Source of the DNA: Utricularia gibba
Lineage: Eukaryota; Plantae; Magnoliophyta
Reading direction: 5' to 3'
Length of the DNA: 64,000 bases
Assembly (NCBI GenBank): GCA_002189035.1
Contig: NEEC01000025.1
Location: 310,001-374,000, forward strand
The notes beneath the pieces are model-generated. The model was given only the letters and a program-made list of their open reading frames with translations, was not told where the DNA came from and made no database searches. This document shows, one piece after another, positions 28,771-40,028 of the stretch. A program made the position numbers and the translations under genes. Each line of letters starts with the position of its first letter. Position 1 is the stretch's first letter.

Positions 28771-30852
28771 ATGAGGAAGAGAAGGAGAGTGAGATTTTCC
28801 GGCCCTGAAATGAAAGCAGGCCCCAGTTCTGATGATCCCGGAGGCAGGGAAGAATATATGTCTCCAAGAGGCAGGTCGTCTCTTGTTTATGCAGCTATTA
28901 TGCCGAATCACGTTTGATTACGTTAGAGTTTGAGATCCTTTCACTGTATTTTGCAGATGCACCGAAGACTTCTGAGTATGCGTATTTTAGAAAATTTAGG
29001 AACAAAGTCTGCCAAGTACGTGCGCATTCAGGGCCTAAACAATCGAAAACATCCGATGCCCGTGTTAGTGAAGGTACAGTTGTTCGTTTAATGGCGCTGT
29101 GTTGAGATCTTGCGAGTTGAATCGTTTTTGGTATAATTTCGTGCTGAACGGTGAGCCTTCGCTTGATTTCTGTTGGTAACAGGCATTTCGAGTTAGGAGA
29201 CTTGTTATCCTTCTTATATTTCGGTTTTCTTGTTGAGAATTAGGAGAAGAACGAAGACCGGGCTTTACCCTTAACCCCTCTCCTCGCATTTGCAAAGCAG
29301 AGGGATCGTGCAAGATCAAAGGTGCTTAAACACTGAAATTTTACTTAGGTATTCCTCGATTTGTGACTAACTTTCATTCTACATTTGCAATGCTTTTATG
29401 CAGAACAAACGACAAACATCAAGAAAAGGTCAGAGCTCTCTAATATTGTTACACCAGTCCAGCGAAGTCCAGCCTCTTCCCCACTATTTGAAATTCCCAA
29501 AGAACCAGGTTTTTCCGTTTTCACTGGCTAGTTCAGGTGTACTAGCACTGTTACTTAAATTTCCAAAGTTATTCTACTTTATCTTGAATTCGGATTGCGT
29601 CCAGATGATCAAGTAACTGAGAAAGGAATCCTGTCTGAAAAGAGAAAAATGCTGCGTCAGTGGACTTATGCATCATTTTCTGGAGTTGAAGAGCTCCACC
29701 TTAGGGGTCTGATGTATATTCCATTTGTTTTCCGAGAATGAAATATTCTGTCAATTGTAGAGTTTTTTTTATTATGTATCAGGGTTGATTTGGTTTCTTC
29801 ACTCCTTGGCCGACTTTTTCCAGTTGAACGTGGGAGTGGTGTATGACTTCTCCTTTTTTTGTATGAGCCTTTCCCCATAGTGCGTTTCTCAACTACTGAT
29901 CTAATTTTTTGTCTAGGAATCAGCTACAGATGGAGTGAGTAAATCTCTAATGATTCATGACATAGATGATATCTCAAAGCTGCAGCTTCATTCCTTGCAA
30001 AGAGGAGAACGGGATAGACCTTTTCATAAAGCTCTTCCCAATTGGTCTAGTGAGGTTTTTCATTTCGATTTGGGCCATTATCTAGAGCCTGCTCTTGGAA
30101 GTTCCTATGTTTGGCAACCATTTGAAAGACTCAAGTTACCCCGAAGTATTACTGTTCATCCGAAAGGACAAAAGGAACTCAGTTACATGATTGAGGAAGA
30201 CAGACAAGGATCCACTGAGTTCCTACTTGGATGGGACCATGAGTTGGGACAACTCTCCAATAATTTTTCCGATCACCAAATGACTTTTGATACTATGCAT
30301 GATCTCAGTAAATTGTGTGCACCATCCTTGCCTGAGAGAAGTTATCTAGAGCAAGATTGGTGTTCCAGTTACGGATCAGTTGATGGTCAGTTCCCCTACA
30401 TCTTTAGACCAGCATATGACGATGCCCTGGGAAATATGCGTTCTCTAGCTCTACCTTCTACAACAAGATATGATGCTATGGAGCCCCAAAGCATTCCTTG
30501 TACAAACAACATTATATTTTCTACCACAAGTTCAAATTTTCTTGAGAAGAGGATTTGGGAGAAGCATCAAACAGGTAGTGGGTGGAAGTGGAACCAATTA
30601 TCCGATAGCCCCTACACCGAAATTCACCCATGGGAACTTCCTGGAACCAGTAGAGCTCATGGCGAAGCATCGCCCAGCCTGTCTTACCAAAATGGTGAGA
30701 TTTTCAGTAACAATTACTCTAACATCGAGTTTCCCCGAGACAGGTTCAAGCATATAAACCATCTCATGTTTATGGATCATCATGCTCCCTCACATGGTTT
30801 AAATTTCCCTGATGATGACGAAGACCTGTTCTTTAAGAGGTATGTACACTGA
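28771..30852 (+). CDS. Uncharacterised plant protein with N-terminal basic NLS-like stretch; long last exon
   Basis: MRKRRRVRF start and spliceable exons with SEYAYFRKFR, NIVTPV, ILSEKRKMLRQW and DLVSSLLGRLFP, followed by the 305-aa ORF 29935-30852. The model needs a GC donor at 28871 and one extra G near 29704-29707. Confidence 0.7.
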
Positions 30853-33199
30853 CTCCTCCGTTAGAATTACTTCAATTTGGGTCCTTTTTGTGTCATTCCA
30901 TCATTCTAAAAAGCGAGCATGCAAAATAAGTAGTAATCCTTAAAAAAGAATCAAAGTTATTAGGGTGTTTTTAGCTTTTATTTATTGCTTTAAATCAGAT
31001 TATCAGTTAGAAAAAGGTTGATGCATTGGAATTAGTATCATTATTACTAAAATTGGTACTCTAGTCAATAAAATATTAGCTAAAAAAACCTTAATTTCAT
31101 AAGATATCCCAAAAAAAAAACATTCCCTCTCGTAGGATTACATAGACATAAAACAGAATATTCCTACGTAAGCATCAATTAATTTGTGTTGAAAAATAGA
31201 AAATTTCTTAAAATATACTCATCATGCAGGGGAATACATGGCTTAGAAGAAAACGTTGTTTAAGATAGAGGATCTTTTGCATTTAAGAAATAAATAGAGA
31301 TGATGAGGTGAAATCATATATCACTTGGATATGTTTTTTCCCCTAAATGGTAGATTGAATTAGGTGGAATCGGTTATGTCATATGGTGTAGATTTTAAGT
31401 GACGTGTCAGTGTCAATCCCCAACTGCATGTTGGGTAAGCATTGAATGCGTTGATTCCATTTGCATGGGGGACTGACTAGCTCTCCGTCTAACCTGTCGG
31501 CCTATCATTCCAGCTAGGCTCATGCCCACACCCCACTTTCCCCATTCTTCCCATCCATTTCCACCCTAAAAACTACCTTTAAGTTTATCGCAACCCCTTT
31601 CTTTGCCTCTAGCTTCAGTAACCCAAACTCACCTTTGAAGAGCATATTGTCTAGATCAAACACCTGCTATTAGAGAAGTGTCTGTAACTGATCAAAGTAG
31701 ATCTGTGATCAGGGTTGCTTGGTATTTTTTGCCAATGCCTCCTCTGGGTGTGATTTCACGTTCTAGTAGCAAGCTTTTGGTGAACTTCAGAAAATGGTCT
31801 AAGATGCAGCTCAGTAGTAAACTTGGACATTGACGGTTTTGGATGTGCAGAGAAAACTGTAGTTTTGGATCATGATCTTTAGATCTTAGGATGTTTGTTC
31901 ATCATGATTGCTTACTGGAGAATCTAAGAGGCAGTCCGGTAGCGGTAAAGATAGATAAAAAAATGTGCAGCAATGTGTAGTGACTCCTAGTCCAAGTCAG
32001 TCCCTCATGACAGCACACGCCAGTGACACAAAGTGAAAACCCCTCGTTTTCAAGCCTTGACTATGGGGAACCCAGTAATTAATTCCTATGCTGCTGTCTT
32101 TTACCCAACATAAATGAGTTTGATCTCATCCATCGAAAACACCAGACCCCATCTGGGTGCAAAATTCAACTGACGTTTCGGGTAGGTTTGGGTTATGATG
32201 CACGGAGGCTCGCAAGTGTTTTGACGCATCGATGCGGTCTGCCGAGTTAATAAAATACATTTGTTTTCAACTGACAAAATAATAAAATAATATTTTTATA
32301 ATTGCTTTTAAAAATAAAGAATTTACATCTATAAAAAAAAATTGTTTGTCTGTGTTTTGAGATTTTATCACTGCGCCATCGCTTTCGGGAGGGCAAATTT
32401 TAGGTGAATACGATAACTAATTCTCCGTGGAAATGAAATTGATAGTTGGATTTCCACATTTTTGTTTTTAGGTCTTATGTATTGTTAGATATGAGACTTT
32501 ATTTTAATTGGGTGCATGAAATTATTTGCAATAAACCTGTTTATGTGTATTTATGAGAGTACGTATGAAAAGTTGGGTCATTGTTTTAAATTTTGCAGAA
32601 TTTCGGATATTTTCAAAATTTTGGTTCTTTTAAATAAAATTTAACTGAAATTTCGATTTTTAAATCAAATATGAAATAGAGTTAGAAACACTCAAGTTTT
32701 GTGGTGTTTTTGTCTATACCTTGCATCTCCACGAGGGTGGACCATAATAAGCTTTTGAATCTGGAACATTTCTATTTTTTATTTGTTTTTGAAAAATATA
32801 ATATTATACATTTTTTATATTACACTTTATTTCTAATATTATAATTTCATCAAATCATTTAACTTTATCGTTTCCAAATAGGTTGTGGGTTCTTAGAGTT
32901 GCGTATCATTTATCTTGGAAGTGAGGCTATGACTCGGAGCCATGAAATGTTACACCATTCATTACACTGGCCTGGGAAACGTGTAGATCTAATATAAGCT
33001 TGGGGTGTACGGATAGGAACTTGTCATTAGCGGTGTTGGGGATCTAGCTGCCAGAGGCAACCCCGTCATCATATGCATAATCTAATACAGTTGCAATTTT
33101 ATCGACATCACATGATACAATTGCGTTGCGACAAAAATGTCGTTCTTGTGGTACCGATGACCCCTCTTTGACGGTCTAATCGGTTCAAACATCTGATTT

Positions 33200-33230
33200 C
33201 TTTTTCTTTTTCTTTTTCTTTTTCTTTTTC
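33200..33230. repeat. (CTTTTT)5 microsatellite
   Basis: Five direct hexamer copies. They explain the EKEKEKEKE run in the 33108-33410 ORF. Confidence 0.85.
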
Positions 33231-35745
33231 TACTTCAGCATGTGATATAGAGAGCAAATTGGGTGTCATACTTTTCGAATAGAACCCAGTCTGGAGCACC
33301 CTTTGCCCCCCTCTTTCTGTCCAGTTGTTCGTCCCTTCGTGCCTGTCCTTCAACTCGACAGGGTTGGCTCCTCCGTACAAGAAGTAGATGCCAATGGGCG
33401 ACTTGCACACAAATGTAAACCATGTGCTGGTCTGGAATTCACTTCATCCTCCTCCATTTAGGGCAAATAAGTAGAGAAAAAAACAAGTGTTAAAATCAGT
33501 GATTCCTGGCACCATTTGGCATGATTACGTTACAGTGTTGATGCCGCTGGGGCCAATCAATGCCATGAGGTTGATTGCAGGAGGGAGTAATGAACATGGG
33601 TGAGGGCCGCCCATGACCCTCTCTTCATTCATTCTCCTGCTACGTATACTTCAAGTATCCCATTTAATGTGATTTGGCCTAAAGCAAGTCATTTAAAGAA
33701 CACCATTACCCTGCTTGTGACTCCCCTCGTTCTCCCTCTAAACCCCATCTCCTATGAATAAGAGCATGCCATCTATTCATGCACCATTTTAAAATCTAGG
33801 ATTCAATAATTTTTATAAAAAAATTAATTTATTTTTCATAATATTTTTACAATGGGTTTCATTTGTTGAAAGTTTTATTTTAAAATATGTGGATCCAACT
33901 AAATGTAGTATAATTACATATTTCTATGAAATATGAACCCACCATTGAACTCTGCTAGTAGATCTTTGGGTATTACTACCAAGGGGTTTCAAATCTAAAT
34001 TTAGAAATTTTATTTTATTTTAAAACATGTAATTTAAATTTCTAATAAATTATCGAATATATCTTTAGTATTTTATTTTTTGTATTTAAAAAGTGAATAA
34101 CTAGATGTGGGGACCACTTTATTATTTTAATATCATATTTAGGTGGTATTTTTCAGAAAAAATCTGAACAAAAAAAACATCGTGAAAAGGACGAGAAATA
34201 ATTTTATTAGTTGGTACAATCCATTTTAAAATATATTTTAAAACGGACATGTGAGGTGCGGTGGGGAGGGGGAGGGGGATTTGAGAATTTTGGTGTTCAT
34301 AAGGGGTGAAAGTGCGTATGCATTGGAAATGGAGGACCTAAGTTGCAAATATATGTCCTTTTCCTTCTGTGCTGCTGGTGCAGTGTAATTGATGCATCTC
34401 CTTCTTCTTAACATTCTGCAGTGTTACGCCCCATAGCGTAACTAAAAGCGGATACTTGAATAGAATAGGAAAAAGGTTGTCCGAGGCATGGTATCTGGCG
34501 ACGTCTGAATCGCCGGCGAACTCCGGCGAGGCTGCATTGTCATCGGAAACTCCATTTCATTGTTTTTCTAGAAGGCTGGCGATGAAGGCTTACTATTCGT
34601 GGATTTTGAAAACTTTCTGAGCCTCTGCTGTGGTTTTTTCGCTCTAGTGCCTGCTGCTGCTGCAGAAAGAGATTGGGAGAATGTGTCAATTGGTATGGAT
34701 TTCTTTTTGTTGTCTTGCGGATGCAACTTTTCTGTCTTGCAATTCTCTTGGTTTTTGGGTTCTTAGGATTGAAGACTTCTCAATGACGACTGTATGATCT
34801 GCCTTTTCTGAAGATGGTAAAATGAAATGAGTCCAACCTTCGTATTGTCTGTGGACTCTTTTTCTTGATCCCCCGTGGTTGCAGCAGCTTTATGTCGAGT
34901 GTTTTTTTTTTTGAATAAAAGTCTTCTCTTTTTGTCCGTTTCCTCCCTTATGCTTTGTTTTGATTTTATGGTGGTATCATTGTTATAACGTTTGAGTCGC
35001 ATGATTTCATCTCTGATAATCAATGTTCGACGTGTCGTTCATCTGCTTCTCCTGTGTTAACAATTGAGCTGTAGTCATTTCCCTCTTTTTTTTCATGGAT
35101 GCATTTTATACCCTGAATTCATATAAATTAAGTTCTGAGGTTCATTAGCGCGTTTACTTTGCAGTAGCTGTACAGTGATTGCTTAGGTCTCAGGGCTGGG
35201 ATCACAAGTCACTGTTTTTCTTCTGCGTTCATTTCCTTTTGTATTCTTTCCTTTTCCTTTTCAAAATTTCACAAATATCGAGGAGGGTTGTATTGTGTTT
35301 TTGAAACATGCTCATCTTCGTTGCTATTGCCGCAAATATGTTATATATGCACTGCAGGTACTTGTGGACCTTCTGAAAGTATTTTTGGGTGGTTTGGAGC
35401 TTGAAAAGTTTCATCATTTCAAAAACATGGATGTTTCGTTGTCTTACATTTGTTTCATAAACTTTTGCATGGCTTCAATTTCTTCATTTGATGCAGGGTC
35501 TGTGATTACATACATATCTTGTTGTAACTTGTGAGCAAGATTGCTGAGTGAAAAAGGGCATGTACAGGTTCCAATGTACTAAGGAGCCGTTCAGATTTAT
35601 CATCCATAAGCCCGTGTGTTGATCAATTAGAAGAGAGCGTGGTACAATTTCAAAAACGTTCGCATGCATTGTAGGCGAATCCCTTCATATTTTGTTCGCT
35701 TCTCATGATGCTGCATTGCTTCTCATGAGCCTTCATATCATGCAG

Positions 35746-38557
35746 ATGGCATCTGACTGCAAGGGAACCGTTCATAAACATAAATCTGATGGAATTCCCA
35801 TGAAGACGCTTATTGCACAAGAGATTTCCAAAGAAGAGAACTCTGGGGGGAACAGTTCACCGAATTTAATTGCGAAGTTGATGGGGCTCGATAACTTTCC
35901 AGATCAGCATGCTCGCTCAGTGAACCATAGAAGCCTCTTAGGTCATCAAAGATGTCATTCCGAAATATCTATGAATAACCGGGAACAGCAGAATGGCATC
36001 ATTGACGTTATAGAGCCTCATGATCATGCAGATTTTTGTGAATTATGGAGCACGTCCCTGAAGCCTAAACACAGAGATAGGTTTATTGAGCACCCGCAGA
36101 TGGCTTTTGTTCACCAAAACTTCGTTGAACCAAAGAGACTGCCGATGGATGAGAAGCTTCAGCAGTCTAAGCAATTCCAAGATGCTTTGGAAGTTCTGAC
36201 TTCCAACAAGGACTTATTTCTCAAGTTTTTGCGAGAACCAAATTCTGTGTTTCCTCGACAACTTTATAAGCTGCAATCTGTTCCCCCTCCTGCACAAACG
36301 AAGCGCATTACTGTTCTGAGGCCTTCAAATACTGCAGTCCGTAACCTTGCCGTCGCTGGGGCTGAACATGGTAAACAAGTTGGCAAGGGTGGCTTTATGC
36401 AGTTGAACTGTTTTGAAGGAGGATATTCTTCTCCTCTCGTTCGCCAAGGTTACGAGGGTCCAGCTCAACCAACTAGAATAGTTGTTCTAAAGCCGAGCAC
36501 TGGAAAGATGCATGCGGATTCGACTGTTGGAGTTCCCGAATCTGAATCTTCTCGGAGAACCTGTGAGGTCCTCTCTGGGAGTGCTGAACACAGTGAGAGC
36601 CTGGAATGTAGGGCAGTTGCCAAAGAAATAACAGAGCAGATGCGTAAAAAACTAATTAAATATTATAGAGGGGAGACGATGGTTTCTCCGGCATTTTCCA
36701 ATGGCTATGTGGCTGATGACAGTTCATTTAATAAATCAGAATTTGGAGTTCCAGTTGGAAATCTCAGTGATTCAGAAGTCATGTCACCTGAATCAAGACA
36801 CTCCTGGGACTATGTTAATAGGATTGGGACTCCATGCTCATCGCCCTGTTACAGTGGGCTGTCTTGTTCTCCCGAGTCATCTGTTTGTAGAGAAGCAAAA
36901 AAACGTCTATCTGAAAGATGGGCCATGATGGCATCCAATGGAGGCTTCCAAGATCAACGGTTGGTTCAGAAGACTGCCAGTACGTTGGGCGAAATGCTTT
37001 CCCTTTCCGAGGCCATGAAGATTGCAGTGCCTGGTGAGGAAGACAATTCTGCAGAACCAAAAGATCTGAAGTCGCTGTTTCTGAGTGACTCAAGTCCTGA
37101 CCAGTACTTAGGCTGTTCACCACGCAGTCTTGTCAGGTCGAAGTCGGTTCCCTTACTGTCTAACCCCTGTGAAACAAAGCTGAATCTTGATAGTCCTGCT
37201 TCAGATAAGGGCAAGCCAAGTTTTCCTGATATCTCAAGGACATTAAGCGGTGGTATCTCATTATTTCGTGGGAAGGTCTCGAGTTTGTTTTCCTCCAGGA
37301 ACAAAAAGACTTGTAGCAAAGAAAAAACGAATCCGAATGAAGCGTTAAGAGATGCGAATGGAAGTTGCAGTAAGCAAGATCCTGACCATGTGCGGCCTTC
37401 TCAGTATAAGCCATTACGTGCTGAAACTTCTTCCGAGGCATTTCAGAAGTCGGACGTTATATCTCCTGAGGTAATTTATGAATGCTTGTTTATTGTTTTT
37501 TCTCATCCGTCGCCACATCTGTCCCATACTTTCCATGGCGTCTACATTGCTTTAATCTTCTTTGTTAATGAAGACAAACTGTAGAGATTGTTTCCAACAT
37601 TTTGCAGCCTGAAGCGTCAGTGCCAAGACCCATTGCATCTGGAAGCCTTTGTAAAAGTCAGGACTTGAGAAGTCCAATATCTGTGTTGGATCCCGTATTT
37701 GATGAGATTGAGACTGCAAGGATCCTTGGCCATCTCAAGTTGGAACGGCGTGGTATTCTTTGTGTCAAGTTCACCACATTCTTGATTTCTTCACATATTA
37801 ATTGTTATTTCCAACTATGATTTCAGGGTCTGACCTGCCTCTTAGTTCCATCGGCTCTAACTTGATCGATAAATCACCACCTATAGGCTCCATCTCCCGG
37901 ACTATTTCGTGGGATGAGCCTAACACAAGGACTTCCTCAACATATCCCATAAAGGACTCCGTAAGCTTATTAGGAAGGGGCGAAGCAGAGGAAGAATGGT
38001 CTTTTTTCCTCAAGACTTTGTTAACTATGACTGTTCCTCAAGGAGAAGTGGAATCAAACTTGTTCCTAGCCAAATGGCATTCGCCTGAAAGCCCACTAGA
38101 TCCATCACTGAGAGACAAGTACATGAACATGAATGATAAGGATGCCCTGCACGATGCAAAACAAAGGCGGAAGAGGTCAATGCAGAAGCTTGTGTTTGAT
38201 TGTGTCAATGCAGCGTTACTAGAGATCGCAGGATATGCATCCGGCTCTGGCCAAAGGGCCATTCCACCAATTTTTCCCAAGAAGACGGTGTTAGATACAG
38301 AACACCCCAACACATCAGATGATGTGCTTGACTGGATAAACGCATTGTTCATCAGTGAGATCAGGTGCTATTGGGATGAATTGGGGGACGAATGCAGCGC
38401 TGCGGTAGAGAGAGTGGTCAGGAAGGAGGTAGTAGGCAATGGCTGGAGTGACATGTTGAGACTAGAGATGGATTACTTGGAAATGGATATTGCAGGGAGG
38501 TTGATGGAGGAACTGGTTGAGGAGTCCGTAGTGGAATTAACAAGTGCAGAACCTTGA
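35746..38557 (+). CDS. TON1-recruiting motif (TRM) protein, DUF3741/DUF4378 family
   Basis: PMKTLIAQEISKE, NLIAKLMGLD (VARLMGL-like), SKQFQDALEVLTSNKDLFLKFL (DUF3741), TRIVVLKPS, SPISVLD, and C-terminal KLVFDCVNAAL...VGNGWS...LMEELVEE (DUF4378). The true start is uncertain because an in-frame upstream exon lies at 35568-35641. Confidence 0.88.
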
Positions 38558-39198
38558 GAACCGAAGCCATGAATGCTTTCTAAACATTCATCTCCTTGAT
38601 GAAGAAATCTCTAATTTTTGTGCCTCGAAAGAGCGAGCGTTCTGATTAAAAAATATTTGATTCACTTGTATCCTATACCTGTTGCTTCCTGTGTATACTA
38701 TGCCCCTGTATTCATTGTATATTATGTTAGCAGCGAACAGCAGTTTAGTTTACTTGCAGGGTGCAGTGCAGTTAATAGGCGGCCAGCTGCCATCCAGTTG
38801 AGACTACTCACTGTAAGTGTCAGAGGCCAGGACCAGCCCATTGGTATGCTCTCAACTATAAGGAAAGTTGGCATCTTTCTTCGTTGCATCTTTATACATG
38901 TTATTTGACTGATCTGTAATCCGTCTCCTTTCATTTATGCAGCGTTGCTTTGTTATGCGATCGGATTCCGACCGGCCGGTGACCGGTTTTCAGCTCAGGG
39001 CTACGAACCCATGGACACCTTTCCTCCGTTTCGGGAACCGAGAGGTCTTTTTATTTCTTCTAGGACACGACCAGTAGCAGCACATCCACTCACACAACAA
39101 ACTACGCTACGACAAACACGGGCCATCATAAGCATATAACAACGATGGATGATGCTACTTCACCGGAAGCAAACACGGGCCAACACACTAGAGGACTT

Positions 39199-39588
39199 TC
39201 ATGGGGACGGCGAGGGCAAAGCGCCAATGTTGCCAGGTACGCCGCCGGCGCTGCCACCCACCGGGAAACCGGTAGGAAGGTTCCCAATGGTCGTGAAACG
39301 TCCCGGGGTGGAACCAAAGCCGGCGAATCCACCCTGAGGACCGGTTCCCGCGTACCCACGAAGGCCGTTGAAGCCGCCGCCGCCGCCGGTGGTGGATCCC
39401 ATTCCGCCGCCAACTCCGCCGAAGGGAACACCATTGTTACCCACACCGCTCATGCCTCCCATGCCACCCAAGTAAACGACGTTCTTCTCATCAGCCAATG
39501 TACCGCCAGGCAGAATCCTAGCGGCTTCGCCAAAAGTGGCAGCGGCGAAAACCACAAAAGCAAACAAACAAACAACAGGTTTTCCCAT
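39199..39588 (-). CDS. Secreted glycine-rich cell-wall protein (129 aa, single exon)
   Basis: Signal peptide (VVCLFAFVVFAAATFGEAAR), a DEKN motif followed by a Gly-rich body, and a TATA-like TATTTAA about 50 nt upstream. Confidence 0.85.
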   Translation of the reverse strand: MGKPVVCLFAFVVFAAATFGEAARILPGGTLADEKNVVYLGGMGGMSGVGNNGVPFGGVGGGMGSTTGGGGGFNGLRGYAGTGPQGGFAGFGSTPGRFTTIGNLPTGFPVGGSAGGVPGNIGALPSPSP

Positions 39589-40028
39589 GTGTTGTTACTG
39601 CGGCCAGTGAGTGAAGTAAGGAAGCATCTACGGGGAGTTAAATAGCGAGGGACAGTAGGAGAGCAGTTGGAAGCATTGAATGCCATCAAAGCAAAAAAGT
39701 AGAACACACGAAAGCTAACCCAACAAATTCAATTGCAAATATGATTATCGAAACACATTCATAGCATACATTTACTTCACTCAAGAGAAAGAAGTGAAGT
39801 TATTGCAGCTCGCACAACTCTACCTACATTTTATTCGCATTTTCTTATCATTAGTATTATTATTTTATGATATCAAAAGCAGAATTTGAAATTTTTTAAT
39901 TTTAATTTTTTTGAAATTTACGTTGTCCCAAGCAATGCCAGATTAAACAAGCCAGGGAACCTGGTCATTAATCTTACCGCCCCTTTTTATCTGTACTCCT
40001 TTTCATGAATGGACAAGAGCAAGGGGAG

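Noticed and set aside
33108-33423. Overlapping minus-strand ORFs with PVELK and GAP..VLF words reminiscent of Gypsy RT
   Set aside because: The words lie in different frames, the EK run comes from a microsatellite, and there are no LTR, PBS or further RT motifs.
39145-39645. 166-aa plus-strand ORF
   Set aside because: Antisense to the glycine-rich gene; Gly/GC-rich codons suppress stops.
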